The notes under the pieces: model-generated | Databases searched by the model: none | Seen by the model: the letters and a program-made list of their open reading frames with translations, nothing else | What the model was told of the DNA's origin: nothing | In this document: in pieces, positions 53,095-64,000 of the stretch | How positions within the stretch are numbered: position 1 is the first letter of the stretch | How the letters are laid out: each line of letters begins with the position of its first letter | Made by a program: the position numbers and the translations under genes | Assembly (NCBI GenBank): GCA_036172245.1 | Contig: JAYWIR010000003.1 | Location: 6,572,001-6,636,000, forward strand | Reading direction: 5' to 3' | Length of the DNA: 64,000 bases | Origin: Raillietiella orientalis | Taxonomy: Eukaryota

Positions 53095-54419
53095 ATGAGC
53101 TACGGACGTCCCCCACCGGACATTGATGGCATGACGAGCCTGAAGGTCGATAATCTAACTTACCGGACAACACCAGAAGAGCTTAGGAGATCTTTTGAAA
53201 AATACGGCGAGGTGGGCGACGTCTATATTCCTAGAGATCGGTTCACTAGAGAAAGTCGAGGATTTGCTTTTGTTAGGTGAGGATTCTATTTTCCCGCGAA
53301 ACCCATTCCATTGCCATAAAGCCAAGTTGAGCAATCATTTTATCAATGTATGTTAAGTCTGTTGTTTTTGAATATCTTTCCTGCACAATTAATTATTTAG
53401 GTGCTTTTGCTTCGAGTAGAGTGGAAGTTATGTGTTTGTATTGCACAGCCTTCATAAGATTGAGATATGCACTGTTAATTATTTGTTTTTGTTTTTTTTG
53501 TGTTACACGCTTTTCTGATTATTTGTGTAATCAGCATCGTCGTGGGTCTTAAAAAGTGGCCTTGGTTTCCTGATTGTTTCATGTGAATGTTATTGTGGTC
53601 TAAGTGATTTGCCAAGTTTTTGTATAGTTTATTGTACTTTATGTTGCATTTAAAATTGACTCTGAAATTGGAAAATTGTGCATTGTGGGATTACTCGACT
53701 ATTTGATCTGTGGTGCTGAGAATGGAATGGTATTTGTATGTTTACAAATTTCTGTTGATGATTAGTTTTCCTCAGGCATGTAACTGAAGGTTTTTTATTA
53801 AAAACCATGTCATGTTAAAGTATTATTGGTATTAGTAACATTATGACGTATGTTTTTGAAGGTTCTATGATAAGCGGGATGCAGAAGATGCAATGGAATC
53901 CATGGATGGACGTATTCTAGATGGTAGAGAGCTGAGAGTACAGATGGCTCGTTATGGGAGACCTACATCTCCTCAGCGAAGATATAGTCGTTATCGGAGT
54001 TCAAGAAGGAGGTTGCTTTTTAGTCGTATTTGTGCTGGTTCTCAATGCATTTTTTTTTCTTTTTTTTTATATTTCCTCCCCAATATAGCCGCAGTAGGTC
54101 AAGATCAAGACAGCGGTCATATTCCCGTAGCAGATCTCGTTCGAGAAAGAGGTCATTTAGTCGTTCTAGAAGTAGAAGCAGAAGAAGATACACAAGATCA
54201 AAATCTAGATCCAGATCTAGATCTCATACAAGATCCCGTTCCCGATCTCAAAGCAATTCTGAAAGCAGATCAAAATCCGGATCAGAAAGCCGAAGTAAAT
54301 CAGAAGAAAAAATGAATCAATCTAGAAGTAGAAGCAAAAGTAATAGCCACAGTAAAAGTTCAAGTAAAAGTCCTAAAAGGAAAACTTCTCGTTCTAAATC
54401 TAGAAGCAAGTCTCATTAA
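53095..54419 (+). CDS. SRSF2: Serine/arginine-rich splicing factor 2 (SC35); coding exons 53095-53276, 53862-54011, 54089-54419
   Basis: The RRM reads [25 protein letters not shown]...[41 protein letters not shown] and is followed by an RS-dipeptide domain. Introns are GT-AG and in compatible phase. Confidence 0.97.
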
Positions 54420-54428
54420 GAGGACTAG

Positions 54429-54898
54429 GTAATGGATATTCTATTGAATGCTTATGTTACAGTGTTCCATTTTTAGAAAAGATTGGAGTATGCTGAAACT
54501 GTAATAATTCTGCGGAAACAACTTTGGATTATGAGGTTAGGAGCTCTTTTGTGTAACATTTTAAAGTTTCTTTAAAATTGGCAGAAATCAAAATTTTTGT
54601 ATGTGTCATTTTCCATTAGTAAGTATTGTATAAACAGTTAGTTTGCCTTGCTGTATTAAATTGCAATAATGCTGCATTATATGTAATAAAGATTTCAAAT
54701 CTATTTCTCAGCTTAACTAGTCATTTCTTTATACATTCAGCTTAAAGAGCTATGGTGCCATTACTTCAGATCATTACTTTCTAAGCAAATTTCTTTTGCT
54801 GCTCTAGACGGAGCTGGAATGCAGTGCAGTGCTGTTGCTGCCAAGCAGTGAGATGCAGCAGCCTGTTTGCTGTTCCTGTAGCAGATGCTGTTGGGTTG
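54429..54898 (+). promoter_or_regulatory. SRSF2 3'UTR splicing/polyadenylation module: intron 54429-54476, exon 54477-54535, intron 54536-54807 containing AATAAA (54685-54690), SSNG-rich distal exon from 54808
   Basis: Donor ag|gtaatg lies 9 nt after the stop, with acceptor ccatttttag. The second donor is gag|gttagg and its acceptor ctaag...ttcttttgctgctctag. I counted 14 SSNG tetramers in 54808-54898. Confidence 0.65.
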
Positions 54899-55470
54899 TA
54901 GGGTTACAGTTTTTCCTCATGTAGGGATGTTCAGTAAACGATCTGACACTTAAAAACTGATCATTTGAATCTGCTGTTTTCATTATTGAGTGTTTAAAAT
55001 TGATTTTGGTACTCTGTTACTGCAGAAATGTTGAAATTTTCTGTTGCAGCATTTCCTGGAATCTGAATAAGATTCAATATCAGTATCCAAGGTAAGATTC
55101 ATACGGTTAGCATTGCATTCAGTAAAAAGGACACAAACCTTTCCTCCCATCTCTAGTATGTTACGTATTCTTTCGTTAACACTTGATTTTTGTGATGGTT
55201 GCTTTTTAACCACTCAAAAGAAGTGATTAATGACCATTAGGTTTTATGTGTTTTATTATGCAATTCAACTGGCATGATTATTGATTGTGGTGTTTGATTA
55301 TGGATTGTTAAAGTATTCTGTTTTACAGTAAAATAATTAAGCAATTATATGAAATCAAATTTTTGATCAATATTCTTATACATTAAGTACAAGTCATTAT
55401 AAAGCTTAGTTGAGTAGAACTAAAATGATTTTATTTTTCTGCAGGGTAAGCAGTGTTTATCACTTGGTAT

Positions 55471-56831
55471 TCATGTTTTGGTAGTTTCAGAACTTTTTAG
55501 ATTACAAAGACTTCTGTGGTCAGGACAGTAAACTTGAAATGTGATAGTATTCAAGAAACATCCCACATCTCCTGCACATGGATAATGATAAACATGACTA
55601 CAATATCTTTTAAGACAACTGAGAGTTGCTCCTGCTAAGTTGCAGTAACTGCAGACCTAAGAATTCACTGTCTATTATGTTAATAAATATTGGAATACTT
55701 TACTTTTTCTAAGCTGCTGCAAATGGATTCTTCCAGATTTATGACTTTTGCACCAAGTAAATGTATGTTTGGTGTCCACACAAGACATGCCTCATGAAAC
55801 CAAACCTCTTCTGCAGTTATTGTTTTTAAGACTGATGCATTAGCACTTCTCTTTTTTTTTATTTTTTGAAAAGAAAAACAGTGCATTCAGACATTTTGAA
55901 AAGGGAGAAACAACACATACCTTGGTCTGCAGAGGTGTTTCCTCTGCACTGTGTTTTCCTTGCTTGTGCTCTTGTTTAGTTAAGGCTGTGGTGCGGTATT
56001 GCAGCGAAACTGGTTGGGATAGAAAATACGGACCAAAGAGATCTCCTAGGTTTTTTGAGTGGCTCCTCTGTTTGCAGAATACACAGACCCATGTTTCATC
56101 CTTGTTGAATGCATCGTAACGGGATGATAATGTATTGCTGTACCCAATCTTACGTATCTTTTTCAGATACTTTAAATCCGAAAAAATACGAGGGTGGTTG
56201 CTCAGGCCAGTTTGCTTGGAAGGTTCGTTGTTGATGGCTGACAGCTTGACGGTTTTCCTTGCCAGGGAGGAATCTCCCTTCGCACTGGAGAAGCTGTGCT
56301 TGCTGCTTTGATGTTTCCTCTTTTCAAGTTTCGAGAGATTGGCGGGCAGGGGCATTTTCTTGTTTGCAAACGAATGTAAAAGGTTCTTTGTTTTGGTTTC
56401 CCTCCTCTTAATCAAAAGGCATTTCTTTGTATCGTTCAGATCATACACAATGGGCGCATCGGGGATAACATGATTTTTGCACACGTCCAAGTTGCGATGC
56501 GTGCTTTTCTGGTTTTCAAAATCACTTTTTTCGGTTTTACTTACTGCGTTCTCGTTTGGGTTAATGTTGTTGTGCAACTTGATTACTGTGAGGTTATTGT
56601 GCTGCAAAATGTTTCCCAGTTTATACGTCAAGCTCTCTCTCTTTGAAGAGCATGGTATTTTCTTTCTCTTTATCAAGATGCCCTTGGTCAACTTGAGTTT
56701 GTTGGAAAACTTGCTTTTCAAGCTCTCGCCCTGGCAATTCGTTTTGGCAATGCTCTGAACAGGACGTCTGTCAGACTTCTGAGACGGTTGCATCATCTCC
56801 AAAGTTGCATAATGTGCACCCGCAGCGAAAT
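55471..56831 (-). CDS. Extended-PHD (ePHD) finger protein, TCF20/RAI1-like; exons 56831-55921, 55850-55704, 55656-55471; 5' end uncertain (first in-exon ATG at 56796)
   Basis: WVCVFCKQRSHSKNLGDLFGPY, EVWFHEACLVWTPNIHL and VCSYCNLAGATLSCLKRYCSHVYHYPCA...FQVYCPDH match the C2HC plus PHD pattern of the TCF20/RAI1 ePHD. The N-terminal region is Lys-rich and low in complexity. Confidence 0.85.
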
Positions 56832-59800
56832 CTGCAAACAAGTGCTTTTCATTAACGGTATTTGCGACGGGCACGCGGAGACGACAGGGTTTTTTTTTTT
56901 TTTTTTTTTTGCGTATGTACGGCAGAGTTTTACGCAGAACAAATGGAATGCAACTGTCCTCCTACTGCTAGTACACAGGATGGCTCCCCAAGACAACACG
57001 CAATCGTTGTCACTTACGATTGTGCCAAAGACGTATCCCGCATTCAGTCCACGCGCTCGACCATGCATGGGTTCAAATTCCTAAAGGTTTCCCTACACAT
57101 TGCTGGAGGAGTTCCGTCGTACCGATCATCAAAATGGGGTATCGCTGTGCCATCCGTGGCGTGCGCAAGCCTCACGCCGCCGCCGCCGCCTGCCCTACGC
57201 GTCCTCGACGGCACCCACTGCACAAGGAAGACTCGCTCGGGTCACAATCGTCGTCGTCGTCGTCGTCGTCGTCCCCCCCCCTTTTGCAACACCGCGCTTC
57301 CTTCCCCGTGCGTAGCACAAAACAACACGCGCGCGCGCGCTCCAGCCACCCAAGCCAACTCGCACGCACGCGCCCGCGCGCGGCGTGATGATGACGACGA
57401 CTCCCCCGTCCCGCGACTAGGGCGAGGCGAAAGCTCGTACATTTTTTTTTTTTCCCTTCTTCTCCTCCTCCTCCTCCTCCCCCCCCCCCACTGAGAACGT
57501 CCCGTTTTTTTTTTTCTTTTCTTTTGTTTTTTCTTCTTCTTTCCCGTTTGCACGGCGGCAGCAGCAGCAGCAGCAACCAGAAGAAGAAAAAGGGGGGGGG
57601 GGGGAAAGAAAAAAACAAAAAAAAACAAAAACAAAGGGGGGGGGGGGGGTAAGCGTGGCCCGTGACCGCGAGACGGCAACGGTAGCACGACGACAGCACC
57701 GGGCAGCAGCAAACGTGGCACTGTTCCCACTGTTCGAATGAAAACTCTTTCGAAGGTTCTTTTTCGAGGTATTGACTTTTCCCGTGGGAGCGTCGGCTTC
57801 GAAACGATGAAAACTTTTCCATTCGTCTCGAACCCGCCATAGGAAAGGTACAACTGCGAGGGATTTATTTCACCCGGAAAAACAAGAAAAAAACAAACGA
57901 ACGAACGAACAAACAAGCCATCCCTTTATCTCGTCGCAATTATTGACCTTTCTCCATTTCGTTTGACCTCCCCCACGCCTCCTTCGGCACGGACCACTTG
58001 TCACCTGAGATCATGCAACTTCCCTCGTTACGACTACGACGGCTCCGCCGCTGATGACCTTTTGCTGCCGAGCAACGAAATTGCATTTCCAATACCTGAG
58101 CAATGGGGGGGGGGAAGGTGGCTGAAATCGTCCTCCCCCTCGGTGATAACGTTCCCTCCTTGCAGTTGCAGTGTTCCCCCCCCCCCCCCTCCCCCCTGCT
58201 CCCTGCGTCGAATGCAGAAAACGCGCGGGACGCGCGCTCGTGATGGGTTTAGCAGCAGATGCACTTGACGGCAACACGAGGGGAAAAAAAAAAAAGAAAG
58301 TGTCACCCGTACAAACACACACACACACACACACACTTTTGCAAGAAAAAAAAAAAAAAAATTGCAGTCTCTTCTGAACACGAGCGAAACAACTGGGGCA
58401 GCAGAAGGGAGGGGGGGGGGGGGGAAGGAGAAATAATTCACAAAAGGAAGGAAGAAGGCTGTGTTTTGCCTTTTTTTTCCCCCCCAATGCGCTCGTTGCA
58501 ACTCTTTAGCAGACGGAGAAAGTTGGTAAGCAAAGACGACCGACCATCTGCCGGAAAACCCACACCATGGCGACGTGACGGAAATGTTCCAAACTCATTG
58601 AAAATACGTCCCAGAAGAAGGAAAGTGAAGCAGCTTTCGAAAAAAGGGGAGAAAAAAAAAAGAAAAAAAAGCCTACCCTCCACGGTGGGGGGAACGCAAA
58701 GTACACTGCGAGCCTCCTTACAATCCGTACACAATTTTTCCAATGGAACGGTTTGCAGTTACATCACAAATCGACAAAGTACGCCGGGGAGCTTCTGGCA
58801 AACGTTCCATGTACATCACAAGCCTCGATAACGACGGATGGCATGCGTACCATACCGATTCAACGTACCTAGCATTCATGTTCACGACGCAGTAATCCTC
58901 CTTTCTTTTTTCTTTCTTTCTTTCTTTTTTTTTTTTTCTTACATGAAAAAGACAAAGAGTCTCGAAGTGTCCGAGGATATGGGGAGGACGCCACGGGTCA
59001 CTTTTCCGAGCTTCGGCGCGATCGCGGCACCGCTGCAAAAAAGAAAGGGGGAAGCAGCAGCAGGCGGTGGTGGTGGTGTTCCTTCCTCATCCTGTCGCCT
59101 GCTTTCCATGCGGCAGACAACGTCAACCGACACCGCCGATGTGGTCAGCATCATTCGTACAGCACGCGCACACACACACGCGCGCAGTCGGCATTCCGGA
59201 AAACTGATGCTTAGGAGGATTTCCGCTCGTAACATGCAACAAAAATTTGTCTCCAGCGATTCGTTGTGCGCCCAACGTTTTCCGGAGGGAATGCACACAG
59301 ACAGCACGAAAATGCATGGGAAAAAAGCCAGTGCAGCAGAAACGAAGCGTACAGAACAAATTTCACGCAGCTTTGAACCGCAATTTCAGCGTACACGTAC
59401 AAATCGCCTGAGCATAACACAAGCCGGGAACGCTTTCCCTTCCGAATCTTACCGCATCATAGGTAAGGAAAATCGATGAAACCCTGCGGAAGGAACTGAA
59501 CTCTATGGAACTGAAAAAGCTTCTTTTCCTCTAAGGTGCCTCCATCGCTCCACATCAGATACGCAATCCCTCCCTCGACATGACCGCCTTCTTTCTTTCT
59601 GACCTCCGACGGTTCCCGGATGCGCGTCGTCAAGGGAAGATTCCTGAGGGTGATGATGATGATGCCGATAGTTCCTGCATCTCCCAACGTAACTTTCCGC
59701 CCGCGCTCTCTCACCGTTCGAAGAGATGTACGTCTCCCAGTCGCCTAGAACCGGTCCCGGGCTCCAGGCTCAGGGTGAGGGTGCTGGGCTGATAAAAGAC

Positions 59801-62438
59801 CCGCATGCGGAGAAGAAGCAATCACGTTGACATAGGAAGCCTTGGTTGAGTTGCAAAGACGTTCCACCGCAAGCAGTTGTTTCCCTGTATGTCATAACAG
59901 GGTGGCTGCTTCCGTTGAATGACCATCGTTTGCCACGAAATGTTGATAAGCAATGCTTCTCACATTTGCATGGAATTAGCAATTCGTCGCGATGAATACA
60001 TTGCATGCTCCCAAGTGTTCATTTCGAACACAACTTTCGAAGGAGAGAAGAAGAAGAAGGAAAAAAAAAAAAAAGGAAAAGAAGCTCATTCGCTGCACTC
60101 TGCAATGTATAATGGTGTGAAACGAAACTCGTTCTCTGGATCTCGTTTCGAAAAGAGTGGCAAGTCTGCATTTGCCATTCTGTAAATATATTCTGTTGCC
60201 ATGCTTTCTGACTATATTTCCAGCATACTGGGTCCAAATAGACTTACTATTTGCACCTTTGCCTATTTCGTATTTTTGAATTTTCAAATAAACGGGTTGT
60301 TCCTTCGACCATCTTGCTGTATGCTAGCCTTCCGGATGAAACCAGGGCTGTGGACGTTAGGGTGAAAGGTTTGCTCCGAATTGCAAAATCCTGCAATATC
60401 AATGAATTATGCATGTGTTTTTGTGGAAACGGTTGCACGTTCGACACATTCCAAGGTTTATGGCACACTTATACTTCCGCAGTGGACGTCCTTTTCCTTC
60501 AGAGTATGGTGTGCTTTTCCCATAAGGAGTATAAAAACCCCGAAACCCAGTCTGTGGGTGAGCATTCCGCTGTGGCTAATGCCTTTGTTCCGTCAAAGGT
60601 TCGAGCCGCTTGAGAGCAACCTATTCACCGTGCGGTATTTGATCTACCAAAGGGAAGAAAAGAAAGATGCAAGTCGCTGGTCGCTGCTTGTAAATTGGGA
60701 ATTTAGCGAGTACCTTCCTCTCACACCCAAACTGCGGCCAAGTCGGCCGAACGGGATGACGAAAGCTGAATACAATGCTTCCTCCCTTTTCGTTACTGCT
60801 TTGGCAATGAGTGCTCGGAGGAGGACAGTTGGAAAAAGCAGCAGCAGCAGCAGCGACGTTTCTGGTAAATGTCTTCCACAAGGAACCGACAGCTAGGGTG
60901 GTGAACGTCCAGGGTACGATTAGATGCCGAAACAATCTTTGTGCCGCACGCTCAACGGGGAAGGTAGGAAAAAAAAAAAAAAAAAAAAAACAACTAGCTG
61001 TGCTAGAGTAGACGTTATCGATCGCCTACACAGGGCATTATTTTCTTAGGGTCTGCTACCTGAACCAGTGATTCAGTTCCACTTCATCTTGGCGCGACCG
61101 CAGTCCGAAGCCAAGATCGGGTATCTTGGACCTGATTCGCCGTAAATGATCGTGAACGACATGCACATTACGGGAACACTTATTTTATTCCTGCCAATGG
61201 TACTCAGTCGGAAAAAAAATGAAAGATGGTAAGACCAAAGTATCCACCTTTACGAAGGTGGGGTGCCGTCTTTAAGAACTGGCGAAGCAACCGGATACCT
61301 TCACAACGACGTGCTCGGGACCAGCCCTCGTCCTGAGAGCAGAACAGAACTGCTTCTTCCAAGGGAGTCCGTCACCAGCGTGGATATCCCATACGGTGCC
61401 AGAAGCAAACCGTACGGTCATCACAGCATACTGAAATCTGCTAAGTAAGGTGCAAGGAAAATCCTGTCTTTTTTTTTCCTTCTTCTCCGGCGGATTTGAG
61501 CCTTGACGAAGTGCTGCTTGCATGGAAAAGTAAACGAACCATCAGTGCTCTGGCACACACGAAATGATGGGTTCTCCAAAGTCCAGCCCGGGGCAGTTGC
61601 GAGCGGAATGTCCCGAAAAAGGTCCACCTTTTTCAAGCCTACAAGGTGAAACCACCGGAAAGACTTTCTTGTGTTTCTGGTAGGACGACACACTACTGAG
61701 AAAGAGCAGCTTCGTTACAAGAACACGGATTCTCGGTACTTCCGCAGATAGGCACGCATAGTTTTGCTTTTCTCCACGATGGAGTAAACGAGAGTTTAAC
61801 GGACCTAAGGGATGAGCCACCAACCTCCCCCCCTTCCCCAACTGATCAACACTCTCCACGTAAACTGCTGTCCCTCTGGTCGCATGAGCTCCATGGGTCT
61901 CAGCTGCTTTTGTACTAGGCGCTCCTAAAAACAATTCAGAGCAAGAAACGGGATCACAACAACTTTGCAACTTGGTCTAAAAAAAAAAAGGGGGGGGGGG
62001 GAGCTCCTTTGATCTGTCTGTGCTACGTTTGCACCGTATTTGCGGATTTTTCTTCTTTTTCCCCCTTTCTGATGCTACTTTTTGAAGCCTGCAAGCAAAC
62101 TCAACGCTGGCTGGTGGTTGTCGTGATGCCTGGTTTGCTCAAGTGATCATGGATGCACACATGCCATGCTTTGCCTCGTGGTTGGCACCAGGGGGGTTCC
62201 CGTCTTGTCCGGGTGAAATGAGAAATCTGAAGCTTCTGGAGCGATGGGGATCGACAAAGTGGAGTTTACTTCAGAACCAAGGCTCTGGCATATTGCCTCC
62301 ACTCTTTCCTCCGACAGTATTTCCAATATCCCTGTTGAATTGACTGAAACTACAGCTGCGCTATTTGAAGAATTGCAAGGGATACATCTCTTGGAAAGGA
62401 AATAAATATACGCTAACAACTCATTTCGTACTTTCATC

Positions 62439-63927
62439 TTATTGTTTTCTTAGTTGCAGAAAATCTGCTGCATTTGAAAAATACTTTGCATTCGCTTCTG
62501 CAATCTTTTTCTCTGCTGCCTGGGGATTTATGATTTCCAGTCCCTACAAAACGAGTGTAAGCCTTTCCAAAAACAAAGGTAACGCTCAAATACTTGTAAA
62601 GGAGTAAAAGCCACACTTGAGGCTGTCCCAGAAACATGCTTTTTGACAGTAGTGCTACCACCATAAGCTTGCTGTTTTTGTAAATTCTTTTGCAATGCTT
62701 TGGAGATTCTAACTTTTGTCTTTTCATCAATCTGGGGCATCCGTATTCTTCCACTTCCAGTTTTACCGATCTGCCCCAAACTAAGCCCCAAATCTTCCTG
62801 ATATGCATCTTCTTCTATCTAATCAGAAAAAAGGAATGATTAAGTCTGTTATACGAAGTACTGAAGATAGGCAAAGGTAGGTACCTCGGCAAAAGTGACA
62901 CGATTGGCTTGCTTTCTTAGTTCAGTCATTGCATATCTTTCTTTCATGCGCCTGACACGCTTTCCACCTCTTCGCTTTCTTGGAGGATCAACTGGTGCTG
63001 GCAAAGGCTTGATTGGTTTTACAGGTGGAGGTTCCTGAGGTACACATATACATGAGGTAATCACTTTTGCAAATGCATAAACCATTATGTGCTATGCCTG
63101 TAGTTTATCGATTTTCTTCTCAATTTCCTCCTTTAAACATCTTCCAATATACCCATCTGGACTTTCATGAAAATTGTCGACTCGTGCAGCTAGTGTTGAT
63201 TTGCAGGCAACAAGTCTTGCAGCTTTCCTTCTGAGATCCTTTGAGAATCCTATATAAGTGGATAATGCCCAAGACGGTTCTTACTGGGGGCAACAACTGC
63301 ACAAATGGACAATAATATATAAATCCTGTGTGAGGTAGGGTGGCAGTTTGTGAAAATCCAGACAATGCCTTCTTCTGCATACCAAGTAATAATATATTGC
63401 ATGATGGCATTTTTGAAAGATTCGTAAGTCCACCAGCCACTCCTATAAACCACAAACATTTTGGACTTTCATCTTTTCCCTAGCTCACCTACCCATTAAC
63501 TTTGCTGCAGTTGCTGCTCCTAGGATTGCTGATAAATTTGGAGCAATAAAGCTCATGCAACTTTCAACATATGTGTAAATCTTTAACTTGCAATCATTCA
63601 ATTCTATAGCTTCAGTACATGCTTTGTTTATGAAATTTAATTCATCGTTTGTTAACATCTGTCTACATACATATAGATAAAAAGTCAAGAGATCATAATA
63701 CAATCAAATATTTGCATTTTACCCTTGGGTGGTTGATGCAGTTACACTGACAACCATAATGGTAGCTTGAGTTAAATACTGTTGAAGTACTTCATTGTTT
63801 TTGGCTTGTTCAAGATCATTTCCTAACTCTTTCACCGTCATGAGATATGCAAGGGGATCAACAACCAGTGAATCCAGTTCAGGAAAGCGTTTGGAATACT
63901 TATCCTTCACAAGTTCATGAATAGTAC
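62439..63927 (-). CDS. PRPF31: U4/U6.U5 tri-snRNP protein Prp31, 3' part (5' end beyond window); exons 63927-63723, 63662-63493, 63442-63285, 63238-63098, 63034-62885, 62818-62594, 62543-62439
   Basis: Motifs include [90 protein letters not shown] and [24 protein letters not shown]. Confidence 0.97.
63035..63097 (-). other. Non-canonical GC-AG intron (63 nt) in PRPF31
   Basis: The junction reads KIDKLQ(CAG)|gcatag...tacctcag|GAA CCT CCA (EPPP). Retention hits an in-frame TAG at once, and the conserved peptide DKLQEPPP fixes the junction. Confidence 0.88.
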
Positions 63928-64000
63928 CTGAAATTATTGGGATCAGAAACATTCAATTTTGTGGGGAATACTAAGTGACATTAAAGTTCACAATCACCGA

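Noticed and set aside
53755..53790. TGATGA...CTGA box C/D-like pair and cryptic cctcag acceptor in SRSF2 intron 1
   Set aside because: The boxes are only about 30 nt apart with no terminal stem, and the cryptic acceptor has no further support.

Overview
This is eukaryotic genomic DNA from an invertebrate animal, probably an arthropod, judging by the Utx and SC35 sequence style. It has very short introns (many 39-70 nt) and a strong compositional mosaic. AT-rich, CpG-poor blocks carry conserved genes: SRP68, a BAG3/Starvin-like co-chaperone, NUP85, KDM6A/Utx, SRSF2/SC35, a TCF20/RAI1-like ePHD gene and the 3' part of PRPF31. These alternate with GC/CpG-rich, microsatellite-laden blocks in which only a divergent beta-tubulin can be recognised. 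Most long ORFs in the GC-rich blocks look spurious. Gene models were rebuilt by hand from splice signals, and family calls rest on motif recognition from memory, not database searches. The best signals are in RNA processing: (1) a complete candidate SRSF2 autoregulatory module made of 3'UTR introns, an intronic AATAAA and a distal exon packed with SSNG motifs; (2) a U12-type intron in SRP68; (3) a chain of frame-compatible microexons upstream of NUP85; (4) an atypical GC-AG intron in PRPF31; (5) frequent AAG acceptors; (6) near-perfect hairpins close to gene 5' ends. No tRNA, rRNA, CRISPR array or intact transposon was recognised, and I cannot claim a wholly new biological system from the sequence alone.
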